From Patescibacteria group bacterium (lineage in GTDB: Bacteria > Patescibacteriota > Saccharimonadia > Saccharimonadales > OMJO01): a stretch of DNA of 36,527 nucleotides. The notes beneath the pieces are model-generated. The model was not told the DNA's origin and did not search any database. It was given only the letters and a program-made list of their open reading frames with translations. The stretch covers positions 1 through 36,527 of the forward strand of contig JBBTTS010000048.1 of the NCBI GenBank assembly GCA_038064135.1. The letters are read 5' to 3'. Numbering within the stretch: position 1 is the first letter of the stretch; every line of letters starts with the position of its first letter. Shown one piece after another: positions 18,048 to 26,547 of the stretch. Made by a program: the position numbers and the translations under genes.

Positions 18048-19671
18048 CGGTCTCCAAAACCGTTGGTCGCAGGTTCGATCCCTGTCTCCCCTGCCATTCA
18101 AGACAAATTGCCTCTTCGGAGGCTTTTTTCATCTGTTCTGGCAAGGTTCTAACCTTATCTAATCTATCTCTTAGTGATTTAGCGTTATTTCTTACCGGTT
18201 CGAGCCACTCATTAGGTGTTATCTGCAGCTTTCCTTGGTAGAGTACAGGGTTCTGACCAATAGAGAGCAGTATGTCTTTTTTGGTTAGTATATTGCCGTC
18301 TGTAAATTTCTCTGTTGCATTCGTTAGTCGTTCAAAGGTTTTTGTGGCAAACTCGTACCAATTTTCTATGCGATATGCCGTCGCTGCTTGCTCTTCGTGT
18401 ATGCTTTTAAGTTCTATTTTAAGTTGGGTGCTTTTTCGTTCATATTCGGCTTCATCTATTAGCTTTTTACTAGGCATGTCGAGCAAATTATCTAGCTGAT
18501 TTTCTAAGCTATTTGCAGTGCCGTGCTGCATTGTTTTAACATCATTTCTGTCTTTTATTTCTTCGTCTGCCATCTCCCTAAACGTGTCCATTGCCCACTC
18601 TTCGAGCTTGGGCGATAATTCATAGCTGTCTAGTAAAACATTTAACTCATCGTATAGTGCTTCTTCTTTTTTATAGCCATACTTATTTACCTGTATACAG
18701 CCACCGCGCTTACCCGTGCAGTGATAATACCTGTGTAGGCTCTCACCACCGTTTTTAAGACGTTTTTTGGTGACTTGCGCCGTAATCATACATCCACACT
18801 GGCCACACGTTATAAAGCCCCTTAAAGCGAATTCTCTGCGGGTTGCAAGACGTGGACATCCTCGGCTACCAAGTAATGCCTGAACCTTATCGTATTCATC
18901 TTGAGTAATCATTGCTGGAAACTCAGATTTGTAAAACGTTTGGCGATCATACGGATCGGGCACTAAACCTGCGTACCGTTCGTTTTTAAAGATGCCGTAT
19001 AGAGCAGACCTAGACAGTGGCCTGTCGCCAGATTTGCTACGTTTTGGAGTGCGGTAATTCCAGCCATCATTCATCGTGCGTAAAATGTCTTGCACGCTAT
19101 GCTCACCTGTTAGGAACATATCAAAAGCTTGCCGGACTAGCGGAAAGCGTAGAGGGTCTTTCACTACGCGATGCGTTGCTATATCGTTCAAGTAGCCTTG
19201 CGGTGCAACGCCTGTTAAACCACCATTCTTGCGCTTTGTTTCATTACCACGCTTTACGTCCTTACTGAGCTTTGCAGAAAAATATTGTGACTGGCTCATA
19301 GTCATCTGCAGCATCATCATGCCTTCTGGCGAATTATCAAAATTAAAGCTTACAAATTTTAATTCTTTTAGGTTACCTTTGGTGACTCTGTGACTTATTG
19401 CTGCTGCGTCTACCGCATTACGCGATAGCCTATCAGGGTGCCATGCTAAAATGCCATCTATTTTACCTTCGTCTATCATTTTAAGTATAGAGGCAAATAC
19501 TGGGCGCTTATCAGGGTCGAAAGCACTCTTGCTTTCATCTAATATGTCTACTATGTTTAAGTCGCTAAATCGCTCACGTATCTTATCGCGCTGCGCTTCT
19601 TTAGATAGCACTTGGCGCTCTTCGTCTTCTGTAGACTTGCGGACGTATCCTATGTATCGTAATTGTTTCAT
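17920..19671 (-). CDS. Large serine recombinase (integrase); last 55 aa are antisense read-through of tRNA-Trp and the HNH gene
   Basis: YVRKSTED catalytic Ser, DRLSRN, APQGY recombinase domain, CGQCG...YYHC...C zinc ribbon, coiled coil. Confidence 0.95.
   Translation of the reverse strand: MKQLRYIGYVRKSTEDEERQVLSKEAQRDKIRERFSDLNIVDILDESKSAFDPDKRPVFASILKMIDEGKIDGILAWHPDRLSRNAVDAAAISHRVTKGNLKELKFVSFNFDNSPEGMMMLQMTMSQSQYFSAKLSKDVKRGNETKRKNGGLTGVAPQGYLNDIATHRVVKDPLRFPLVRQAFDMFLTGEHSVQDILRTMNDGWNYRTPKRSKSGDRPLSRSALYGIFKNERYAGLVPDPYDRQTFYKSEFPAMITQDEYDKVQALLGSRGCPRLATRREFALRGFITCGQCGCMITAQVTKKRLKNGGESLHRYYHCTGKRGGCIQVNKYGYKKEEALYDELNVLLDSYELSPKLEEWAMDTFREMADEEIKDRNDVKTMQHGTANSLENQLDNLLDMPSKKLIDEAEYERKSTQLKIELKSIHEEQAATAYRIENWYEFATKTFERLTNATEKFTDGNILTKKDILLSIGQNPVLYQGKLQITPNEWLEPVRNNAKSLRDRLDKVRTLPEQMKKASEEAICLEWQGRQGSNLRPTVLETATLPAELLPFDKFFQRGNLHTRPRIFLALLVIFLSYSNSRGY
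18021..18096 (+). tRNA. trnW: tRNA-Trp (CCA)
   Basis: 76-nt cloverleaf: AGGGGAG/CTCCCCT acceptor, CTCCAAA anticodon loop, TTCGATC T-loop, G discriminator, encoded CCA. Confidence 0.98.
18110..18129 (+). terminator. Intrinsic terminator for tRNA-Trp, inside the LSR coding sequence
   Basis: GCCTC-TTCG-GAGGC-TTTTTT (cUUCGg tetraloop), 13 nt after the CCA. Confidence 0.85.
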
Positions 19672-19806
19672 TGTTTTAGCTCCAAACTAAAAGGGCGACT
19701 CGGTTGTTCACACTTCCAGTAGCACAAAGCCACTTTCAGATACCAAGCCGCCCTTACGGGTCTGAAAATAAAAACACTTTGTGCGTTATAACTGAAAATG
19801 TGAACA
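19672..19806 (-). ncRNA. Structured 5' leader of the LSR (long hairpin plus 14-bp loop pairing)
   Basis: Nested pairs 19705-12/19799-806, 19714-20/19791-97, 19722-29/19777-84, 19734-40/19761-67. Loop 19742-55 complements 19691-704. Extended -10 TGaTATAAT at 19812-19820. Confidence 0.65.
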
Positions 19807-19840
19807 TTTCTATTATATCACTTTTAAATACAGGTGATGG

Positions 19841-21268
19841 TTACCACTCTCCACCTAGACGTATTGGTGTTACACCCACACCACCGCTACCTATATTGTC
19901 AGTAATGAGGTTGCCTTGTTCATCTAAGAACACTTTTATATAGATATGTAGACTTCGCTTGTCTCCAGCTTCAGGCTGTTTCTGAGTTATAAAACCACTA
20001 TTTTCGAGTAGTGGTAAAATCTGCTTGCGTAGTCGCTCGTCGTCTAGTAACGCACTTTCAACACGCAGATAATAGTTACTCAAATCCTGACGACTAAGCC
20101 CAATGACACCATTTTTCATAGCCAGCTGGTAATCACTATTGCTGTACTTTTTCATCCATGCAGGTAATATATATTTCTTGTAAAAATGCAGGACGGCTGG
20201 TGGTACGTTCAAGTTTTGGCTTGTAGCAATAGCCGCCCATAATCTAAAAGCTTGGTCTATGTCAGACTGACTCGCCAAAATTGTGCCGTCCGGCTGTTTC
20301 CGAAACCATACGTTTAGTAGTGCGATCGCCTTTATCAATTCCATTAAGTGTCGGATATCACGTGCATGACGTGGCTTCAGCCGCGGGAAAGCATTTCGAA
20401 AACGCTTTTCGATCGCTTCTTTGCTCGGCACTACTATGCTTTCTACATGCTCATAGCGTATGGCAATGATGCGCTTTTTAAGTTCTGCACGAGCAGGTTG
20501 TTCTTCTAGCCATTGATTAAAGGCATTTCTGTCTGCGCTACGCCGCACCTCAAGATGTACTGCACTACTCAGCTTTGCTTCACTAACTTCAGGGCTAAGT
20601 AGCAAAAACCGTGTTGCCTCTTGTTCATCCAGTAGCATATTTGCAGAACAGAAGACTGTTGCCGGAAAACCACGCAGAATGACATGCTCAGTACGGTTAG
20701 AGCCTTTATTCTTATTGGTCATCTTGTAGTGTAATTCGCGGTCATCTTTAGATAACAGTGCCCGCAGTTTTTCTTGTAGAAGCGGATTAGGCTGTTCATA
20801 CAGTAGTAATATCTTGCGCTCAAGCGATACCACTTTTGCTCCACGCTCAACATCGTTCACGCCTCTACTATAAAAGAATGACGTAGGGGAAGCGCCGCTC
20901 AATGGTACTTTGTCGACTTCAGGGAATAGCTTTGCAATTTCACTTGTTAAATATGTCTTACCAGAGCTGCTTTGTGCGTTAAAGCTGATGTTAATTTGGT
21001 CTTCGGACGTATACGCACTAAGCATCCCTAAAAAGCCGATAGCCTTGTTTTCGTTATCATCCTTAATAGTCAAAGATAGTACTTCCATGACATCTTCAAC
21101 CGTCATTTCACTAAACTGCGAAATATCTATCGTTGCGTTGATTTCAGCTAACTCAGCTTCCAGCTCACGTTCACGTTTTGCTATTGGGTCTTCGCTTTGC
21201 TTAATCTTTTTTTGTTTAGGTTTTTTATTGTCTGGCGCCGATTCTGGCGCATTAGTAATGTCAGCCAT
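19841..21268 (-). CDS. P-loop ATPase, AAA+/MCM-like putative replication helicase of the island
   Basis: NAQSSSGKT Walker A, ILLLYE Walker-B-like, VFCSAN sensor-1-like, DEQEATRFLLL Arg-finger-like, C-terminal LPLLENSGFI (wHTH-like). Helicase role is inferred. Confidence 0.65.
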   Translation of the reverse strand: MADITNAPESAPDNKKPKQKKIKQSEDPIAKRERELEAELAEINATIDISQFSEMTVEDVMEVLSLTIKDDNENKAIGFLGMLSAYTSEDQINISFNAQSSSGKTYLTSEIAKLFPEVDKVPLSGASPTSFFYSRGVNDVERGAKVVSLERKILLLYEQPNPLLQEKLRALLSKDDRELHYKMTNKNKGSNRTEHVILRGFPATVFCSANMLLDEQEATRFLLLSPEVSEAKLSSAVHLEVRRSADRNAFNQWLEEQPARAELKKRIIAIRYEHVESIVVPSKEAIEKRFRNAFPRLKPRHARDIRHLMELIKAIALLNVWFRKQPDGTILASQSDIDQAFRLWAAIATSQNLNVPPAVLHFYKKYILPAWMKKYSNSDYQLAMKNGVIGLSRQDLSNYYLRVESALLDDERLRKQILPLLENSGFITQKQPEAGDKRSLHIYIKVFLDEQGNLITDNIGSGGVGVTPIRLGGEW

Positions 21269-21440
21269 TGTTGCTAACCTCCGTATTATTAGTTAATTCT
21301 TGCTGCTTTTGAGCCTTAGCAAGCGTAAATCGCATAATTGCAAGGCCAGCCTCTTGCGTTTGCTCATCGGTCAATTCCAGTCCGTGTAGCTCGCTCAGAA
21401 GTGCTTGCAATTCTTTAATTTGTTGGCTGCTTAATCTCAT
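21261..21440 (-). CDS. Small 59-aa helical protein (missing from ORF track)
   Basis: MRLSSQQIKELQALLSELHGLELTDEQTQEAGLAIMRFTLAKAQKQQELTNNTEVSNNG*. Its stop overlaps the ATPase start (ATGGCTGA); TAATCT lies 7 nt upstream of the ATG. Confidence 0.75.
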   Translation of the reverse strand: MRLSSQQIKELQALLSELHGLELTDEQTQEAGLAIMRFTLAKAQKQQELTNNTEVSNNG

Positions 21441-21514
21441 ACCGTCCAGATTAATCCTGCGGGGATAGCTAAAAGCAAAACTCCCGATAGCCTCACGATA
21501 TTTATGCGGGTAAC

Positions 21515-21537
21515 AAAAAAGCCGCTTGTGACGGCTT
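21515..21537 (-). terminator. Intrinsic terminator after ORF 21566-22633
   Basis: Minus strand AAGCCG-TCACAAG-CGGCTT-TTTT. Confidence 0.7.
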
Positions 21538-21538
21538 A

Positions 21539-21581
21539 CGATTTACTCGCGATTTTTCTCGCGATTTACTCGCGATTTTTT
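21539..21581. repeat. Tandem 11/12-bp repeat, about 3.7 copies
   Basis: CGATTTACTCG-CGATTTTTCTCG-CGATTTACTCG-CGATTTTTT; three TCGCGA palindromes. Confidence 0.9.
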
Positions 21582-22633
21582 GTTTTCACATTATTAGATT
21601 GTTTCTTGACTGCTTCAACCTGTTTGTCATTCAGCATGGCAACTGGTGTAAATTGGATCTTTCCGTTCTTACTTTTTGGGAAAAACGCAAGCTTCATCTG
21701 CTTATTAAATCCACTATGTCGTATAAGTTCTGATATGTCTTTAGCGGATTGCAGTGTTCCCTTAAGCGCTTTTATGTCGTCTATGCCTATACTAAACCCA
21801 GCATTTTCTTCGTCAAGCACATAGTTCATGAATCTATCATAAGAACCGCCTTTTTCAAGTTGTGCAATTGTGTAGTTTTGGTCACCACTTATTGAAATAA
21901 TTATTAGACGTCCGTCTTTAATGATTCGACCCTCATGTTTGGTTCCTTCACCGTCTGCCAGTACCGGAACAATATCGGATGGGGGTGTGGGGGTGACAGT
22001 ATTTGGTCTTTTTGTGCCAAGCCGCTTAATATCAGTTACTAGCGTATTGTCTGTAATCGTAAAGTCAATTAAGGGTTGAGCGTCATCATCATACATTCCA
22101 TCGTTGCGCCGCCCGTAAGCCATGTAAGTAATTTTCACTTGCTTATCGAGCAGTTGCCACGACAGGACTAACTCCCAGAACTTTGGTGCATACTCGAGGG
22201 CACTGGGATCACCATATACATTCTTAAGTGTAATACGTGGTTCATTTATATTATTAGGGTAAGCTAGTGCAACTGCATCGATTAGCAACGATTTTTGGCG
22301 CATAAAATCTGGTGGCTTATTGGCAGGTAATGAAAGTAGTTTATCTTGTTGCCATTGACGTAAGTATTCTATTAGGACGCTATTGGCTTTCTTGCTGTTT
22401 ACACTTGTTATTTTGTAGAGTGCGCCTGTACTTTCGTAGTCTATAAGGCCTAGTTTACGGTACTCGTTAAGCTCTAGATTGATAAATTTCATGTCTGTGC
22501 CTATGAAATATGGCGTGTAAAACAAAGGATTAACCTCGTGCCCAAGAAGCTTTTCGGGGAATAGTGCTAAAGTAGCGACAAAATACACCCTATGCTCTGG
22601 CCAATATAGTTGCGGTTCAATTTTCATATTCAT
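21566..22633 (-). CDS. Hypothetical island protein
   Basis: 355-aa ORF, no motif recognised. Confidence 0.7.
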   Translation of the reverse strand: MNMKIEPQLYWPEHRVYFVATLALFPEKLLGHEVNPLFYTPYFIGTDMKFINLELNEYRKLGLIDYESTGALYKITSVNSKKANSVLIEYLRQWQQDKLLSLPANKPPDFMRQKSLLIDAVALAYPNNINEPRITLKNVYGDPSALEYAPKFWELVLSWQLLDKQVKITYMAYGRRNDGMYDDDAQPLIDFTITDNTLVTDIKRLGTKRPNTVTPTPPSDIVPVLADGEGTKHEGRIIKDGRLIIISISGDQNYTIAQLEKGGSYDRFMNYVLDEENAGFSIGIDDIKALKGTLQSAKDISELIRHSGFNKQMKLAFFPKSKNGKIQFTPVAMLNDKQVEAVKKQSNNVKTKNRE

Positions 22634-22693
22634 TGTTGCCTATATTATCGTTCAACGTAGGTTAAAGCCCAAGCTTAAGAATCTTAAAAATAC

Positions 22694-23332
22694 CTATTTT
22701 TTGCGTTCGTCAGATGATCTTTTGCTTTGTTTTGCAGTCTTGGGTTTAGTGTCGTTTAGCTTTTTACCCGTTTTAGGGTCCAGTCCATGGTCAACCAAGT
22801 ATGCATTTAAGCGAATTGTTTCCTGGCCTATGCTTTGTTCGAAATAATTAGCCATTTCATAGAATTTAACACCATGATAAGTAAGTTTGGTTTCCGGTTC
22901 AGTGTGTTTAGGGAACCATTTGTCTTTATAGGCATGAGCGTAGTGGTGACTACGAACAATCTTGCTGTCTTCTAGTTCTTTGCCTTCGTCTTTAGCCAAA
23001 GCTTCTAGAACATATTGTAATTCAGTACCATAAAGCTTCCATGCCTTATCAAAGTGCTTTTTTTCGGTTGGGTCGCTAGGTTTGTAGTCATGATCTTTTA
23101 TAACGTGTAGAACAAACTCTATGTCTGCTGTTTTTCTAAATTCATGATGGTGAAGGTGGCGAATGTCCCAGTAGTAGAAATCTTTACCAAAGTGATCGCG
23201 CAATATTATTAATTTCCACCTTAACCAATTCATGAGTACGGTATGGTTCGGGGGTATGTATTCAGCTACGTAAGTGCCTTTTTCATTAATAAAGTGGAGC
23301 AGCGGTTCCATAGAGATTTCTTGATTTGCCAT
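22694..23332 (-). CDS. Hypothetical island protein (His-rich)
   Basis: 212-aa ORF; TATAAT 9 nt upstream of the ATG. Confidence 0.7.
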   Translation of the reverse strand: MANQEISMEPLLHFINEKGTYVAEYIPPNHTVLMNWLRWKLIILRDHFGKDFYYWDIRHLHHHEFRKTADIEFVLHVIKDHDYKPSDPTEKKHFDKAWKLYGTELQYVLEALAKDEGKELEDSKIVRSHHYAHAYKDKWFPKHTEPETKLTYHGVKFYEMANYFEQSIGQETIRLNAYLVDHGLDPKTGKKLNDTKPKTAKQSKRSSDERKK

Positions 23333-23436
23333 ATTAATAACATTATAAGATTATGATGGCCTAATAACTAAGCCTATTACCTTAATAATTCAAAATATGT
23401 CTAAGCATTTAAGGTCAAACTATATAGGAAAGCACC

Positions 23437-26400
23437 TTAGGAGTTTTTAGCTTGGCGGCTCCACTCGTTGCCATATCTTTTTGCTTGCTCTAGAACTAAA
23501 TCAGTGGCAATAGCTTGCTGATCCGGTGGGTAGCCGTATTTTGCCAAAGTTTTCTTTACATTAATGCGTAGTTTAGCCTGTACACTCTTGCGGAACTGCC
23601 AGTCAATAGAAGCATCACGCCGTACTTGTTCTACCAATAGTTTGGCAATTTCTCTGAGTTGCTGATCATCCATGACTTCTTGAGCGCTACCGTTATCAAC
23701 TAGTGCATCATAAAAAACTACTTCATCTTCAGTCAGTCCAAGCTCAGTGCTTGCATTCACGGCCTCACGGATATCTTTGCCAATAGCAATAAGTTCTTCG
23801 ATTACTTGTGCAGCTTCGATAGTGCCATTCTTATATCGATTAAGCGCCTTTGTAAGCATTTCAGAAAACTTGGCATCTTTTACGGCGTTACGGCCAAACT
23901 TAGCCTTAACCTCATCGTTAAGTAGTTTCTTTAAGGCTTCAACTGCCAAATTCTTGCGCTCCATTGCGCGTATTTCGGCAAAAAATTCATCACTAAGAAT
24001 CGATATTTCTGGCTTATCTAGACCTGCCGCTTCAAATACGTCAACAACACCAACCGGTGCAATTGCTTTGTCGACAATCTGCTTAAGTGCCGTCCTGTAC
24101 TCTTCGTCACCAATTACACCACTTCTAGCCGATACTTTTTCTATGCGTGCCTTAACAGCTTGGAAAAACGCTACTTCTTCACGAATTGCCAGTGCATCAG
24201 GCTGCGGCATAGCAAGCGCAAAAGCCTTACTAAGCTCCAGAACATGTTGCTTAATACGCTTCTCACCGTCATCAATGCTTAGTATATGTTCTTCCGCATC
24301 AAGGATAATCTGAAGTTTCTCATTTGTTGGTGCGTTAAAGTATTTCTTATAGTCAAAAGTGCCGAACAAGTCACGCACTATTTCGTAGCGCATTTTCATC
24401 TGTGCTATAGCTTCTGATATATCTAGCTGTGGAATACCTTCGCCGCCACTTCGAGTATAATCGGCCATCGCGTCGCGCAATGCACCTGCAACGCCTAAAT
24501 AGTCCACCACAAGTCCACCGATTTTACCTGGCCATACACGGTTAACTCTTGCAATGGCCTGCATAAGGTTATGGCCCTTAATAGGCTTATCTAGATACAT
24601 TGTATGTAAGCTAGGCACATCAAAACCTGTAAGCCACATGTCGCATACAATTACCATCTCAAGTGAATCGTCAGGGTTTTTGATTCGTTTTTCGATAGCC
24701 TTAATTCGTTTTTTGTTACGAATATGCGGCTGCAAATGTTCTGGATCGCTAGCTGATCCAGTAATAATAACTTTTATAGCACCACTCGCATCATCGTCGC
24801 TGTGCCATTCGGGTCGGTAGGCTATAATTTTTTCGTATAAATCAGCAGCTATTCCGCGGCTCATCGTCACGATCATTCCTTTACCCTCTATTACATCTTG
24901 TCGAGCTTCAAAGTGCTCAATTATGTCTAAGGCGATTGTATTCAACCGTTCGGCATTGCCAACGATAGCTTCTTTTTGGGCGTACTCTGTTTTAAGCTTG
25001 TCTTGCCGTGATAATTCTTCGCCCTCTAGCAATTCGTCAACTTCACGATCAAGCCATTCTTTGGTATCTTCGTCCATGCCCAAATCAACGAGACGGCTTT
25101 CATAATAAATTGGCACTGTAGCACCATCTTCCACAGCTTGTTTCACATCGTAAATGTCTACATAGTCTCCAAATACTGCAGGTGTTGATTTATCATCTGA
25201 TTCTATAGGTGTACCCGTAAAGCCAATATAACTAGCACTGGGTAGCCCATCACGCATATATTTTGCATATCCGTATACTAAATGCGCGTCACTTTCTCGG
25301 ATTCGTGCTTTTAGCCCATACTGGCTTCGATGAGCTTCGTCTACCATAACTATGACATTTCGACGATTAGTTAGTACTGGTAAAGTATCATCTTCGTCTT
25401 CTGGCGAGAATTTTTGAATGGTGGTGAATATAATTCCACCCGCATTTCTTTCAAGTAACTTGCGTAGGTCTCCACGATTTTCAGCTTGTTTAGGATCTTC
25501 GCCTAATAGATCTCGGCATGCACTAAAGGTGCCAAACAATTGTCCATCAAGGTCGTTTCGGTCAGTCACTACGACAATAGTAGGATTTTGCAGTTCACGG
25601 CTTCGCATCATTTTGCCTGTATAAAACACCATACTAAGTGATTTGCCAGAGCCTTGAGTATGCCACACCACTCCAGCCCTCTGATCACCATCGCCGCTAC
25701 TAGCACGCAGCGTACTTGCTAGTGACTTATTTACCACCCAGTATTGGTGATACGCTGCTACCTTTTTTATAAACTGTGTTTCGTCTTTGTCGTCACGTTC
25801 AAATACTATAAAATTTTGCACTAAATCCAGTAGTCGCGTAGGGTCACATACGCCACGCGTCAGAATATCCATCATTGGCACGCGCCCTACTTCTTTTTCG
25901 CCATCTACAGTCTTCCAGGGCATCATGCGCTCTGGGCTACTACTTAATGTACCCATTTCAGCTTCAATGCCATCACTAATAATGCATAGTTCATTAAATC
26001 TAAAGAAGTCGCTTATTTCTCGCTTATAGGTTTGAATCTGGCGGTAGGCTGCAGCAAGATCTGCTTTGCTGTCGGCGGCATTTTTTAGTTCTACCAACAC
26101 CAGGGGTAGACCATTAACAAACAACACCACATCGGGCCGCCGGTGAAAATCACCCTGAAGTACCGTTAGTTGATTGACTGCTACAAATTCGTTATTGAGC
26201 GCATTATCAAAATCCAACACCCTGGCGCGATCGTGCTTTATGTCTCCAATATCGTTACGGTATTCTACCGGCACGCCGTCTACTAGCATTTCGTGAAAAG
26301 CGCGATTATTTTCTAGCAGAGTTGGCTGTTGTACTCTAGTGAGACGTTTGAGTGCTTCACTAAGGGAAGCGGTAGGTATTTGTGGGTTTAGCCGCTCTAG

Positions 26401-26547
26401 CGCAGATTGCAAACGATTATTCAGTACGGTGTCATGATAATCACGCTCAAGCGTGCCATCAGGCCCAATTTCTGGACCATGCAATACTTGCCAACCCATT
26501 TGGGCAAGTGTTTCAAGAGTAGATTGCTCTATTTGATCCTCGGTCAT
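23437..26547 (-). CDS. hsdR: Type I restriction endonuclease subunit R
   Basis: RPDVVLFVNGLPLVLVELK nuclease motif, WHTQGSGKS, DEAHRSQYG, FTGTP, MWLTGFD, LMQAIARVNR. Start at 26547 via TAATG overlap. Confidence 0.97.
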   Translation of the reverse strand: MTEDQIEQSTLETLAQMGWQVLHGPEIGPDGTLERDYHDTVLNNRLQSALERLNPQIPTASLSEALKRLTRVQQPTLLENNRAFHEMLVDGVPVEYRNDIGDIKHDRARVLDFDNALNNEFVAVNQLTVLQGDFHRRPDVVLFVNGLPLVLVELKNAADSKADLAAAYRQIQTYKREISDFFRFNELCIISDGIEAEMGTLSSSPERMMPWKTVDGEKEVGRVPMMDILTRGVCDPTRLLDLVQNFIVFERDDKDETQFIKKVAAYHQYWVVNKSLASTLRASSGDGDQRAGVVWHTQGSGKSLSMVFYTGKMMRSRELQNPTIVVVTDRNDLDGQLFGTFSACRDLLGEDPKQAENRGDLRKLLERNAGGIIFTTIQKFSPEDEDDTLPVLTNRRNVIVMVDEAHRSQYGLKARIRESDAHLVYGYAKYMRDGLPSASYIGFTGTPIESDDKSTPAVFGDYVDIYDVKQAVEDGATVPIYYESRLVDLGMDEDTKEWLDREVDELLEGEELSRQDKLKTEYAQKEAIVGNAERLNTIALDIIEHFEARQDVIEGKGMIVTMSRGIAADLYEKIIAYRPEWHSDDDASGAIKVIITGSASDPEHLQPHIRNKKRIKAIEKRIKNPDDSLEMVIVCDMWLTGFDVPSLHTMYLDKPIKGHNLMQAIARVNRVWPGKIGGLVVDYLGVAGALRDAMADYTRSGGEGIPQLDISEAIAQMKMRYEIVRDLFGTFDYKKYFNAPTNEKLQIILDAEEHILSIDDGEKRIKQHVLELSKAFALAMPQPDALAIREEVAFFQAVKARIEKVSARSGVIGDEEYRTALKQIVDKAIAPVGVVDVFEAAGLDKPEISILSDEFFAEIRAMERKNLAVEALKKLLNDEVKAKFGRNAVKDAKFSEMLTKALNRYKNGTIEAAQVIEELIAIGKDIREAVNASTELGLTEDEVVFYDALVDNGSAQEVMDDQQLREIAKLLVEQVRRDASIDWQFRKSVQAKLRINVKKTLAKYGYPPDQQAIATDLVLEQAKRYGNEWSRQAKNS

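Noticed and set aside
17643-18096. tRNA-Trp interrupted by a group I or II intron encoding an HNH
   Set aside because: Only 20 nt separate the half tRNA from the ATG, the downstream tRNA is already complete, and the half's acceptor and anticodon strands mismatch the 3' half.
19704-19943. 79-aa plus-strand ORF
   Set aside because: Antisense to the LSR leader, its promoter and the ATPase end; the paired structure explains the region better.
21539-21581. CRISPR array
   Set aside because: Units are 11-12 bp with no spacers, and no cas genes are present.
23747-26029. Plus-strand ORFs opposite hsdR, and similar shadow ORFs opposite dnaX, rplA, rplK, rplL, nusG and hsdM
   Set aside because: Antisense shadows of well-supported genes with Ser-rich, motif-free translations.
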